From positions 387,271-451,270 of the forward strand of contig BOKR01000001.1 in the NCBI GenBank assembly GCA_016861085.1: a stretch of DNA of 64,000 nt, in the 5' to 3' direction. Within the stretch, counting starts at the first letter, position 1; every line of letters starts with the position of its first letter. Source of the stretch: Patescibacteria group bacterium. Its GTDB lineage: Bacteria > Patescibacteriota > Microgenomatia > UBA1400 > PJMF01. Made by a program: the position numbers and the translations under genes. Below are positions 38,712 to 48,076 of this stretch, piece by piece. Below the pieces are notes generated by a model. That model worked only from the letters and a program-made list of their open reading frames with translations, was not told where the DNA came from and made no database searches.

Positions 38712-41558
38712 CTACGGAACAATTTGTAAGTCATCACCTTTAATCAAAGTAGTATTGGTTTTCTTTTCTATTTCAGTTTTCCAATTTTTTGGCCAATCAG
38801 GAGCCTGAACAGTCGCTGGATCACCAACTTGTAGTCCGGCTTTCTTACGCAATTTTTGAATGTTTCGCATCAACTCTCTTGCATCACCCTCTTCGCGAAG
38901 CATATCAGTTACTTTGGTATCTAAGAGCACCCGCATGGTTTCGGTTGACTGCTTCCAATCGATTTCTTTGACGTTTACTTCATCTGCCAAAACATCCAAG
39001 AGTTTTTTTTCAGGAGCCTTAATGGTAACAAAACAGGTAACTTTAGCGAGTGGTTGTCTTACCTTTATACTTGCCTCACTTCGCAGGGCATGAGTCTTTT
39101 CAACAACTTTCCTGACTTCTTCCATCTGTGCTTCGAGTTCAGTGTCAATAAGTTTTGTATCAAATTCTGGCCAATCAGAGTGATGTATGCTTGTTGTATC
39201 GCTGACCATGTTGTGCCACATCAATTCGCTAAAGAATGGAGTAAATGGTGCAAACAGCTGTGCCAGTTTGACTAAGACATATCCAAACACATCAGCTGAG
39301 GCACTTTCTTCACGAATCCTGTCACGACTTCTTCGCAAATACCAGGTTGAAAGTTCATCAACAAAATCCATTAGCCCTCTGCTGGCTCTGACCAAATCAT
39401 AATTATCCATGTACTGTGTGGTCTCTTTGATCAGAGTATGCAACCTACTTAATATCCACTGATCCATAACATCATTAGATTTTGGGGTTTTCTCTAAATC
39501 AATTGTATGATTTTTTGGTGCGTACATTTTATAGAATGCAAACATGTTCCACCAGATTAAGAAGACTTTTTTACGGATCTCTGAAACTTCATTTTCACTG
39601 AAGTTAAGATTCTCAGATTTCATCACCGTTGAGCTCATAAGGTATAGTCGTAAGCTATCTACGCCATATTCATTAATGAGCAAGAGTGGGTCAGGATAAT
39701 TTTTCTTTGATTTGCTCATTTTACTGCCATCTTCAGCAAGAATTGTGCCCGTGGTCAGTGTGTTATCAACTGCATGCTTTCCAAAAATTCCTACAGAAAT
39801 AACGTGCATGGTGTAAAACCAGGCTCTGGTTTGCGCGATATATTCGCTGACAAATTGAGCAGGATATGTTTCTTCAAATTCTTGCTTATTTTCAAACGGA
39901 TAATGACGTGAGGCGTACGGCATAGAACCAGACTCTACCCAACAGTCAAAAACTTCTGGAATTCTGGTACCTTGTATTGTTTTTGCATCATCAACCCAAA
40001 CTGCTATATCATCTAAAAACTCTCTGTGAATATCTGTAAGTTTTTCAGTTTGTTTTGGATTGACTGCCCATTGTTGTAATTCTTTAATAGAACCAACAAC
40101 TCTCAAGTGTTTTTTGTCAGCACTAACCCACACTGGCATAGGAGTGCCCCAGTATCTAGATCTAGAAATATTCCAATCCGGTGCGGTTTCCAGGCCTTTA
40201 CCAAAACGACCATATTTCAAGTGCTCAGGATACCAATTCATGTGTTCGTTTTGTTCGATCAAATCCTTTTTTAGTTTTTGAACGTCAATAAACCATGCTG
40301 GTACAGCATTGTAGTACAAAGGAGTAGCGCAACGATAACAGAATGGATATGAGTGAGTAATTTTTTCTTCTCTGAACATGAGGTTTCGCGCAGCTAGATC
40401 TGCATTGATGATTTTTTCGGCACTTTTATAAAACTTCCCTGCAACTATCTCAACAAATGGTAAAAATTTCCCTTCATCACTGAGAGTTGGAACAAGTGGA
40501 AGATCTTCTTTGAGTGCGAGTGCATAGTCATCTTCACCAAAAATCGCGGCAGTGTGTACGATTCCAGTACCATCTTCCATACTGACAAAATTACCTGCTA
40601 GAACTGACCAACCGTTTGGCTTGTCTGAGGTTACATAGGGGAACAGAGGCTCGTAGTGTTTGCCCACGAGTTTTTTTCCCTTTACTGTCTGTTTGATTAC
40701 ATATTTTTTGTTAGCAAAAACCTTTTCAACCAGTTCTTTTGCAACCCAAAGGAGTTCTGTTCCGTTTTCACTTTCTTTGCTCTCAACTTGTACATATTGA
40801 GCATCAGGATCAACAGCCAAGCCGACATTTCCTGGAAGCGTCCAAGGAGTTGTAGTCCAAGCAACAAAATATTCGTTTTCGTTTTTGGTTGTTCTGTCTT
40901 TTGAAACGAGTTTGAATTTAATATATACGGAAAAATCTTCAACGTCTTCATATGAGTTGTCCATTGCAATCTCAAAATTAGAAAGTGGTGTAGCACATCT
41001 TGGACAGTACATGACGATTTTTCTGCCCTCATATACTAATCCCTTATCAAAAAGTTGTTTAAATCCCCACCAGACTGATTCCATATAGGTGGTGTCCATA
41101 GTTTTGTAGTTATTTTTGAAGTCAACCCAACGGCCTAATCGAGCGATGATTTTTTCCCACTCAGTATCTAGTCTTAACACTTCTGTTTTACATGCTTGAT
41201 TAAACTTGTCGATGCCAAGATCTTCGATTCCTTTTTTACCACCTTTGATATCAAGTTGTTTTTCAATCATGTTTTCAATTGGTAGACCATGACAGTCCCA
41301 ACCCCAAACACGTTCTACACGATAGCCTTTCATTGTCCAGTACCTTGGAACCACGTCTTTACTGGTTGAGCCAAGTAAATGGCCATAATGAGGTAAACCA
41401 GTGGCAAATGGAGGACCGTCGTAAAATACATACGACTTTTTTTTGTCTCGCATTTCGACTGATTTTTCAAACGATTTGTTTTGTTGCCAATATGTAAGCA
41501 CTGACTCTTCAAGTTCAGCCAGGTTTGGTCTTTGTGGTAGTTGGTTTAGTTTTAACAT
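38712..41558 (-). CDS. ileS: Isoleucine--tRNA ligase, type 2 (eukaryote-like)
   Basis: DGPPFATGLPHYGH, GWDCHGLP, WTTTPWTLP, SRSRYWGTP, KMSKS; C-terminal EG.ARE..R.IQ.LRK.AGL. Confidence 0.96.
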   Translation of the reverse strand: MLKLNQLPQRPNLAELEESVLTYWQQNKSFEKSVEMRDKKKSYVFYDGPPFATGLPHYGHLLGSTSKDVVPRYWTMKGYRVERVWGWDCHGLPIENMIEKQLDIKGGKKGIEDLGIDKFNQACKTEVLRLDTEWEKIIARLGRWVDFKNNYKTMDTTYMESVWWGFKQLFDKGLVYEGRKIVMYCPRCATPLSNFEIAMDNSYEDVEDFSVYIKFKLVSKDRTTKNENEYFVAWTTTPWTLPGNVGLAVDPDAQYVQVESKESENGTELLWVAKELVEKVFANKKYVIKQTVKGKKLVGKHYEPLFPYVTSDKPNGWSVLAGNFVSMEDGTGIVHTAAIFGEDDYALALKEDLPLVPTLSDEGKFLPFVEIVAGKFYKSAEKIINADLAARNLMFREEKITHSYPFCYRCATPLYYNAVPAWFIDVQKLKKDLIEQNEHMNWYPEHLKYGRFGKGLETAPDWNISRSRYWGTPMPVWVSADKKHLRVVGSIKELQQWAVNPKQTEKLTDIHREFLDDIAVWVDDAKTIQGTRIPEVFDCWVESGSMPYASRHYPFENKQEFEETYPAQFVSEYIAQTRAWFYTMHVISVGIFGKHAVDNTLTTGTILAEDGSKMSKSKKNYPDPLLLINEYGVDSLRLYLMSSTVMKSENLNFSENEVSEIRKKVFLIWWNMFAFYKMYAPKNHTIDLEKTPKSNDVMDQWILSRLHTLIKETTQYMDNYDLVRASRGLMDFVDELSTWYLRRSRDRIREESASADVFGYVLVKLAQLFAPFTPFFSELMWHNMVSDTTSIHHSDWPEFDTKLIDTELEAQMEEVRKVVEKTHALRSEASIKVRQPLAKVTCFVTIKAPEKKLLDVLADEVNVKEIDWKQSTETMRVLLDTKVTDMLREEGDARELMRNIQKLRKKAGLQVGDPATVQAPDWPKNWKTEIEKKTNTTLIKGDDLQIVP

Positions 41559-41569
41559 AGTGTTTTTTT

Positions 41570-41962
41570 CTATTTGTTTTTATTTGCTTTGTTTTTTTTG
41601 TATGCAGCCTTTATTCTATCAACTAAATGCCCGGGAAGCATGGGGATTTCCAATTTATCAACATCGCGGTCGGTTAACTCAAACATTTGTAAGGCTCTGT
41701 AGGTATCTCTTACATCAATCCAAGCCGCAATTACTTCGTCAACACCAGCCTCATTTCTTAATCGGTGTTGTCTGTCAAGAAAAAATCTTGCACATTCTTT
41801 GCTTTCTAATCTTTCTACATACCAAGGTTTAGCCTCGGCTTTTTCTTCCTGTTCATACCATGCTTTTCGTCTAAGACTAGCACTTGCCCCTTTTTTTGCA
41901 ACTGCAACTGGAACTGGAACTGGCACACGTTCCTCTTGCTCTTGTCTTAGAATCTTTTTCAT
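41570..41962 (-). CDS. Hypothetical protein between the T-box and ileS
   Basis: 130-aa ORF with AGGA upstream of ATG, stop 11 nt before ileS ATG. Confidence 0.7.
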   Translation of the reverse strand: MKKILRQEQEERVPVPVPVAVAKKGASASLRRKAWYEQEEKAEAKPWYVERLESKECARFFLDRQHRLRNEAGVDEVIAAWIDVRDTYRALQMFELTDRDVDKLEIPMLPGHLVDRIKAAYKKNKANKNK

Positions 41963-41993
41963 ATATGTTCCTATTTTTTTACTTAGTACATAC

Positions 41994-42280
41994 AAAAAGC
42001 CCTCTTGTAATTAGTGTTTTTTCGCGCGAAACGCACTTTTTTCACTAATCACAAGAGGGCCTTCAAGTATACAAACTAAACGGCGGTACCACCTCTTTTT
42101 CTGGAGTAAACGGGTTAGAATTTTCTAACCGATTTCTGATAACCAGAATCTTAATTTCCTGCGATTACGGGCTTACCCGGAAAGATCTAGTTGCTTGTGC
42201 ATGGTCTTGCCAGTGCGCAAACGTTCTTCTTTCACCTCGTCCTGTGATACTCAGCCAAGGGCTGACAGAACTTGTATCGG
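41994..42280 (-). promoter_or_regulatory. T-box riboswitch (Ile, ATC specifier), transcriptional attenuator
   Basis: AAAAAGAGGTGGTACCGCC T-box; antiterminator GAGG-TGGTACC-GCC...GGC-CCTC; overlapping terminator GCCCTCTTGTGATTAGTG...CACTAATTACAAGAGGGC-T5; ATC at 42248-42246 in Stem I; upstream of ileS. Confidence 0.88.
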
Positions 42281-42304
42281 TTTTTTAATTTTTGAATTTC
42301 GGGT

Positions 42305-42313
42305 ATTGTAACA
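42305..42313 (-). promoter_or_regulatory. Extended -10 promoter for the T-box leader
   Basis: Minus strand TGtTACAAT about 25 nt upstream of Stem I. Confidence 0.5.
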
Positions 42314-42323
42314 TATACCTTTT

Positions 42324-42755
42324 TTATCGTCGATAGTGATTATTTTTTTTTGGGATTGGTGGTTCTGGAATTCCACTTCTTTCTTCTAAAGTCATTCTGT
42401 GCCAGAGTTGGTATAGAGTCCAGTCATTTTCACCCTTTGAAAGATTGTTTCTTCTTCGATGTAAGTGGTCAAAATAGTGGCAACGAATACAATACAGCCG
42501 CACATTATCTAACCGATTAAATCGTTTATTATCTCCGTGCTGTATATGCGCAACTTCAAGACTTCGTACATTTGGACATCTGTTCATGCGTTCTCTACCA
42601 TTTGCATCTCTTGTCCTACTTTCACAACGACCTCCTGCTCTCTCATATAGGGATTGTTCAGTTTTTCTATCAATAGCACTGTTGAGGACTAAATAAAGGA
42701 CTGAGGAAATAAAGGCAAACTCTAGACTTTTTGTAAAAATTTCTTTGCGATTCAT
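42324..42755 (-). CDS. HNH-like Zn-binding protein
   Basis: ER.GGRCE...RC....LEVAHI...N..LYCIRCH...H; hydrophobic N-terminal segment. Confidence 0.7.
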   Translation of the reverse strand: MNRKEIFTKSLEFAFISSVLYLVLNSAIDRKTEQSLYERAGGRCESRTRDANGRERMNRCPNVRSLEVAHIQHGDNKRFNRLDNVRLYCIRCHYFDHLHRRRNNLSKGENDWTLYQLWHRMTLEERSGIPEPPIPKKNNHYRR

Positions 42756-42808
42756 GTATGTTAGTTTGGTATTCTATCATGGGAATAAAGCAATGATACA
42801 ATTGTGAT

Positions 42809-43627
42809 ATGACACAAGAAAATTTCATCGATTTTATCTCAACTACTTTGCAAGGTGCGGCAAAAATTGCAGACAAAAATTTTGGAAAAGTTTCATCAAT
42901 TTCAACTAAAACTGGTGACAACAACCAAGTTTTGACAGAGACTGACTTGGAGGTTGGTTACTTTATCATTAACGAAATTCAAAGGGTTTTCCCAGAACAT
43001 AGTATTATTGATGAAGAAGCTGGAGTGATTGATAAAAAATCACAATATACTTGGGTGGTTGATCCAATTGATGGCACAAGCAATTTTGCAAATGGTCTGA
43101 AGACTTACGGTATTATGATGGGGCTTTTGAAGAATGATATCGCAATAGCTGGGGGTATCGTATTGCCAGGATTTAATGAATTATATGTTGCACAAAAAGA
43201 TATGGGTGCATTTTGTAATGATGTTAAAGTATTTGTTTCATCCGAAACCAATCTGCTTAAATCTTTAATTTCGTATGGAATTGATGGACATCAGGAAAAT
43301 CCAGAAGTTACCTATGATGAAACAAAAATCCTTGCGAATATTATTTTAGGTATTAGAAACTTGCGAACAACAAATAGTGCTTATGATATGGCACAAGTAA
43401 TTTGCGGTAGATATGGTGCCTTCTTGAATAGAACAACAAAAATTTGGGACAATGTTGCTTTACAGCCAATTGTTGAAGAAGCTGGTGGAATTGTCACTGA
43501 TTTTTGGGGTAAACCAATGGATTACACAAATGCTTTGCAAAGGTCAAATGAAAACTTTACTATTTGTGCGGCTGCTCCGCAATTGCATAAACAATTACAA
43601 GAAATTATTCATAATCAGGAGAAATAA
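42809..43627 (+). CDS. Inositol monophosphatase family (SuhB-like)
   Basis: TETD, EE, WVVDPIDGTSNF, WD, EAGG. Confidence 0.92.
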   Translation: MTQENFIDFISTTLQGAAKIADKNFGKVSSISTKTGDNNQVLTETDLEVGYFIINEIQRVFPEHSIIDEEAGVIDKKSQYTWVVDPIDGTSNFANGLKTYGIMMGLLKNDIAIAGGIVLPGFNELYVAQKDMGAFCNDVKVFVSSETNLLKSLISYGIDGHQENPEVTYDETKILANIILGIRNLRTTNSAYDMAQVICGRYGAFLNRTTKIWDNVALQPIVEEAGGIVTDFWGKPMDYTNALQRSNENFTICAAAPQLHKQLQEIIHNQEK

Positions 43628-44145
43628 TGCAGGAAGAATTTGTTGATATCGTTACTCAAGCAGACGAAGTAATTGGAAGCTGTTCAAAAGTTGAAGCTCA
43701 TCAAAAAGGTTTGTTGCACAGAACCGTTATTGCAGAAATTATTAGACCAAATGGTGATTGGGTTTTGGTACAGCAAGCAAGTGATAGACAGGATGCCGGT
43801 CAATTTGTGTCTCCTGTTGGTGGTCATGTTAGTTCTGGAGAGAGTGAAGATAACGCTCTTAAACGAGAAGCATTTGAAGAGTGTGGATTAGATGGAGATG
43901 TTACTTTCAAACTGATTGGAAAGAAGATTTTCAATCGTGAAGTAAATGGAAAAAAAGAAAACCATTATTTTATTTTGTATGAAATTTATACTGACGCTGA
44001 ATTAGTTATCAATCATGAGTCCGTTGGTTTTGAAACGTTTTCTAAAGCAGAACTCAAAAAGCAATTACAAGAAGATCCAAAAAAATTTGGAGATGCATTC
44101 TTGTTTGTAGTCAGAGAATTCTACCGAGATTTACTCTCGGTATAA
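43627..44145 (+). CDS. NUDIX hydrolase (Idi-like subgroup)
   Basis: H.KGLLHR and GGHVSSGES...ALKREAFEECGL Nudix box. Confidence 0.9.
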   Translation: MQEEFVDIVTQADEVIGSCSKVEAHQKGLLHRTVIAEIIRPNGDWVLVQQASDRQDAGQFVSPVGGHVSSGESEDNALKREAFEECGLDGDVTFKLIGKKIFNREVNGKKENHYFILYEIYTDAELVINHESVGFETFSKAELKKQLQEDPKKFGDAFLFVVREFYRDLLSV

Positions 44146-44149
44146 AATT

Positions 44150-45052
44150 TTATCCCTTATATACTTTTTTTAGTTTTGCAAGGTCAAATTTTTTCATTTT
44201 TAAAAACTCTTGCGTAACACGGGCAATTTGTTCTTGAGTACCTTCAGCCATCATTTTATCTAAATCGCTTGGTACTACTTGCCAAGAAACGCCAAATGTA
44301 TCTTTGAGCCAGCCACACTGTTCAGCCTCTGGAACTGCTGAAAGTTTATCCCAGTAGTAATCTATTTCTTCTTGATTTTTACAATTAACAACAAAAGAAA
44401 TAGCTTCATTAAAAGCAAATTTATGTTCATAGCCGCTATCCATTGCAGCAAACCAAGTATCAAGTAGTTTAAAATCTGCAAACATAACGGCTCCTTCTTT
44501 GTCGAATTCTTGCCCTGGGCCATATTTAGCAATCGTACCCATCTGAGAATTTTTAAATACTGAGCGATAAAAATTGATAGCTTCCTCTGCTTTGTTGTAG
44601 ACTTCGCCAACAAATAGCAGCGAAGGCACAATTTTTGGTCTCTCCTCTCCTTTTGGATCTGACAATATTAATTGCCAAGAGAGTCCATACTTATCTTGAA
44701 TCCAACCGTAGCGTTTACTGAACGGATACTCTTGTAGGGGCATGAGTGCCGTGCCGCCCTCTGAAAGTTTTTCCCACATGCTGTCAAGATTTTTACGAGC
44801 ATTTTTTTCTTTTGACGGATCAAAATTTACAAAAAAAGATATCGATGGATTGAATTTAAAAAGTGGGCCAGCCGAAATAAGAGTAAAGTCATGATTTTCT
44901 ATGGTCAATGAAACAATATCTACAGAGCCTGAAGGGGTGTCATGCAAAGTCGAGGTGTTGTTTATTTTAGAATTTTTGAAAACATCTGTATAAAATTCTG
45001 CGGCTTCTTTTGCCTGTGTATCAAACCAAAGATGAGATCCAATTTTATGCAT
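44150..45052 (-). CDS. Tandem VOC/PhnB-like protein
   Basis: Two repeats with AEFY..F, FN..SF, GW..DKYG.SWQ. Confidence 0.9.
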   Translation of the reverse strand: MHKIGSHLWFDTQAKEAAEFYTDVFKNSKINNTSTLHDTPSGSVDIVSLTIENHDFTLISAGPLFKFNPSISFFVNFDPSKEKNARKNLDSMWEKLSEGGTALMPLQEYPFSKRYGWIQDKYGLSWQLILSDPKGEERPKIVPSLLFVGEVYNKAEEAINFYRSVFKNSQMGTIAKYGPGQEFDKEGAVMFADFKLLDTWFAAMDSGYEHKFAFNEAISFVVNCKNQEEIDYYWDKLSAVPEAEQCGWLKDTFGVSWQVVPSDLDKMMAEGTQEQIARVTQEFLKMKKFDLAKLKKVYKG

Positions 45053-45192
45053 TACATGCTTTCTTATGCTAATTTTTACAGGTAGCTTTCTTGGATTAGT
45101 ATAACAACTTAGTTAGTATTAAAACAACTTTAATTTGATGAAACAGACTATTCTCACATGGTCTAGTCAATGCAGTATATTACTGATATAGT

Positions 45193-46248
45193 TTGCTCTC
45201 GATGATATTTTTTGAACTATATCGACCACATGGTATTGATTTTCCTCAATTTTTTGAAGCAGCAAAGATGTGGTGGCGGGGGGATAATCCATACCTTACC
45301 CTTTTGACTTCACCTGGACCATTTAATTATCCGCCCTCTTCATTTTATTTTTTATGGTGGTTAGATTTATTGCCATTTTTTTGGTCTGCAGTTGTTTGGA
45401 ATTATTTGTCATTGTTTGCATTTTTGTTGAGTCTATTTTTGTTAACTAAATTGATTTGGGTGAGTAAATGGAAATTACACTATTTTTTGTATGCTGCTGT
45501 GTTTTTTACAGTGCCTTTTTTCCCAGAAAAATTCAACATGGGTAATGGTCAAATGAATAATTTTATTTTTTTGTTTGTGGTTTTGAGTTGGTGGTGGCGT
45601 TCTCAAAAAAAGACATGGTTAAGTGCTGGAGCCCTAGCATATGCAATCAGTATTAAGCTGACTCCAGCCGCATTTTTGTTACCACTGTTTGTTGAAAAAG
45701 ATTGGAAGCAAATTCTAAGAACAGTAGGCGTAACCATACTTCTACTCATTTCTCCTGTGCTTCTTTTTGGTTGGAAAGATATACAACCTTATACTACCTC
45801 TGTTTTTTTTGAAGGATTTGGCATGAATGGCAAGGATATTTACTACAATCAATCTTTGCTGGCTTTTTTGCTGAGAACTTTTTCCGATTCAAGTGCGACT
45901 ATTTTGTTTAAAATAAGTTGGGTTCTTTTCCCCTTACTTTCTTGGGTTGCACTTGCTAAAAGTCAGCTCAAAAAAAACGGCGAAATATTTGCAATAAGCA
46001 TGGCGATTGCCACTTCTCTGTATTTAATGCTTCACCCTCTTGCATGGCAACATCATTTTGTGTTTGCGGTGATACCATTGCTTGTTGTCTGGAAATTTGT
46101 TTCAAAGTGGCTGGTGGCGATTTGTTTTGTGTTACTTGCAAGCAATATTCGTCAGCCTGATTTGGTACCAGCATGGGCATCAGTGATACTGTCACATCAA
46201 TTTCTAGGCGTGTTTTTGTTGTGGGTGGGGTTGCTTAGTAAAAACTAA
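45193..46248 (+). CDS. GT87 / DUF2029 GT-C glycosyltransferase
   Basis: IDF, NPY, FNYPP, GQ.N, IKL.P, NQSL, WQHH; N-terminus appears truncated. Confidence 0.8.
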   Translation: MLSMIFFELYRPHGIDFPQFFEAAKMWWRGDNPYLTLLTSPGPFNYPPSSFYFLWWLDLLPFFWSAVVWNYLSLFAFLLSLFLLTKLIWVSKWKLHYFLYAAVFFTVPFFPEKFNMGNGQMNNFIFLFVVLSWWWRSQKKTWLSAGALAYAISIKLTPAAFLLPLFVEKDWKQILRTVGVTILLLISPVLLFGWKDIQPYTTSVFFEGFGMNGKDIYYNQSLLAFLLRTFSDSSATILFKISWVLFPLLSWVALAKSQLKKNGEIFAISMAIATSLYLMLHPLAWQHHFVFAVIPLLVVWKFVSKWLVAICFVLLASNIRQPDLVPAWASVILSHQFLGVFLLWVGLLSKN

Positions 46249-46309
46249 AAAATAGTTCTGAAATAAAAGAGTAAAAAAACAGCAATATGTAATGGTGCAG
46301 TACTTTCGG

Positions 46310-46380
46310 AGCGGGATACGGGAATCGGACCCGCTTCTCATCCTTGGGAAGGATGCATACTACCAGTGTACTAATCCCGC
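46310..46380 (-). tRNA. tRNA-Gly(CCC)
   Basis: GCGGGAT..CATCC-TT-CCC-AA-GGATG..GCGGG-TCCGATT-CCCGT-ATCCCGCT. Confidence 0.92.
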
Positions 46381-46437
46381 ACTGATATCTTTTATGTTTA
46401 TTGCAAGCCATTGAAGTTACATACCAAAAACAACAAT

Positions 46438-47364
46438 CTACCTCAATTTTGCCAACTCTGTAAAGAAGTGTACCACAATTTTTGATAAACGATTCTTGAC
46501 TTCAGCCGAATTCAAGATTTCTTGAACTTCTTCATGGTTTGTGGCATTTACTCCTTCTTTAGTAATAGTGTTGGTGATACAAGAAAATCCCACTACTTTC
46601 ATATTACGATTCTTTGCCACAATGACTTCCGCCGTAGTAGACATACCAACTGCATCAGCGCCAAAACCATCTCTAAAAGCTAAACACTCCCCTTCGGTCT
46701 CATAGGTTGGTCCTGTCACAGACAAGTATGTGCCACTGTGAATATTAGCTGCAAATTCTTCACCAGCTTTGAGCAATAGCTCTTGGTATTGTTTGTTATA
46801 TGCCCCGTTCATAGGCTGAAATTGCCAAACCTGAGAATTATCACCTACTCTGCTAAACGAGCGACTCGGGCCAAGCAGTACATTTGGCAATAAGTTAATA
46901 TGAGATTTCAAAACCATCAAGTCTCCTACCGTATAGTTTGTGTTTAAGCCGCCGGCTGCGTTGGTGACAAAATAATTCGCAATTCCTAATTCAGCCATGA
47001 CGTGCACTGCAAAAACTGATTTCAAAATACCGTTATTGAATGGTTCGTGGGCAACTTCGTAAAAATGTTTTCTGCCTTTCAAACCAATGATTGGTACTCC
47101 TGCTAGTTTTCCGAGTATCAAAGTTCCTTCATGCCCTGGAACTGTAGTTGTAGGAAAATTTGGAATCTCGCTATATGGAATTGTAATAGTGTCGGAAATT
47201 TGGTGCGCAAGTTCACCTAAGCCCGAGCCCAATGTAATAGCAAACACCGGTTGTTCACAATTATTTTTTTTAATAACGGCTTGGATATATGCTGCTGCTT
47301 GCGCAACAAGTTGTTCGTAATTTTGAAAGTACTCGAAATACTGTTGCAATGAATTATCTATCAT
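46438..47364 (-). CDS. Purine-nucleoside phosphorylase (trimeric PNP family)
   Basis: LGSGLG, VPGHEG, GRKHFYE, TNAAGG, GPTYET, VGMST, NHEEV. Confidence 0.93.
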   Translation of the reverse strand: MIDNSLQQYFEYFQNYEQLVAQAAAYIQAVIKKNNCEQPVFAITLGSGLGELAHQISDTITIPYSEIPNFPTTTVPGHEGTLILGKLAGVPIIGLKGRKHFYEVAHEPFNNGILKSVFAVHVMAELGIANYFVTNAAGGLNTNYTVGDLMVLKSHINLLPNVLLGPSRSFSRVGDNSQVWQFQPMNGAYNKQYQELLLKAGEEFAANIHSGTYLSVTGPTYETEGECLAFRDGFGADAVGMSTTAEVIVAKNRNMKVVGFSCITNTITKEGVNATNHEEVQEILNSAEVKNRLSKIVVHFFTELAKLR

Positions 47365-47368
47365 ACTG

Positions 47369-48076
47369 CTATTTTACAGCATGGACTTCAATAACATGAT
47401 CGACAATATCTGAAATTTGTGCTCTCATAAAGTCTGAGTATAGTTGTTCTTTATATGCTTCTCTATGGTTTATTCTGAACCCAGCTTGTTTTAAGTGATC
47501 AGTAATTGATTGTACTGTGTGGAAGTATCTTTTTTCGGTGAAAACTAATTTTCCATTTGAATCTTTATGCGGAATAGAAGTAATTTTGGTTATGGGATCA
47601 AAAGTTATGTCGTTTTTATCAGGTATATTCTTTGTTGACCTTACAACTACAAAAAGTCTACCTCCAGGCTTTAGTATTCTAAAAAAATCATTAAGAACAT
47701 TCGTCAAATCTTCAAGTGGAAGATAGTGAAGTACTAAACGTGCATAGATGAAATTAAAAAAATTATTAGGGTAAATACCTACTTTTCGTAGGTCTTCTAG
47801 TCTGGCATCTATTTGGTTATCTAGTCCGATTTCTGCGATGATTTTTTGAGCAAATAATAAACCTTCTTGATCAATGGTTGTGGCAATTATTTTTCTTCTT
47901 TGGTTACTTTGAGCCATCCTTATTTCAGCAAATCCAGCAGTACTAATACCAGGGCTGAATATATTTAGATCTCTAGGTTTAAGTAGTGCAAGTCCATGCT
48001 CTTCGCTTATTGAAGGTTTTGCTCCCAATTCTTGTAAAATTTCAATGGCACTCAGCTCTTTTAAATGTTTTTTCAT
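47369..48076 (-). CDS. Class I SAM-dependent methyltransferase-like
   Basis: YARLVLHY, RILKPGGRL; motif I is degenerate (SPGISTAG). Confidence 0.75.
   Translation of the reverse strand: MKKHLKELSAIEILQELGAKPSISEEHGLALLKPRDLNIFSPGISTAGFAEIRMAQSNQRRKIIATTIDQEGLLFAQKIIAEIGLDNQIDARLEDLRKVGIYPNNFFNFIYARLVLHYLPLEDLTNVLNDFFRILKPGGRLFVVVRSTKNIPDKNDITFDPITKITSIPHKDSNGKLVFTEKRYFHTVQSITDHLKQAGFRINHREAYKEQLYSDFMRAQISDIVDHVIEVHAVK

Noticed and set aside
42809-43627. IMPase as the SuhB antitermination factor for the boxA leaders
   Set aside because: Family membership alone does not show SuhB orthology, and it is coupled to a NUDIX gene, suggesting a metabolic role
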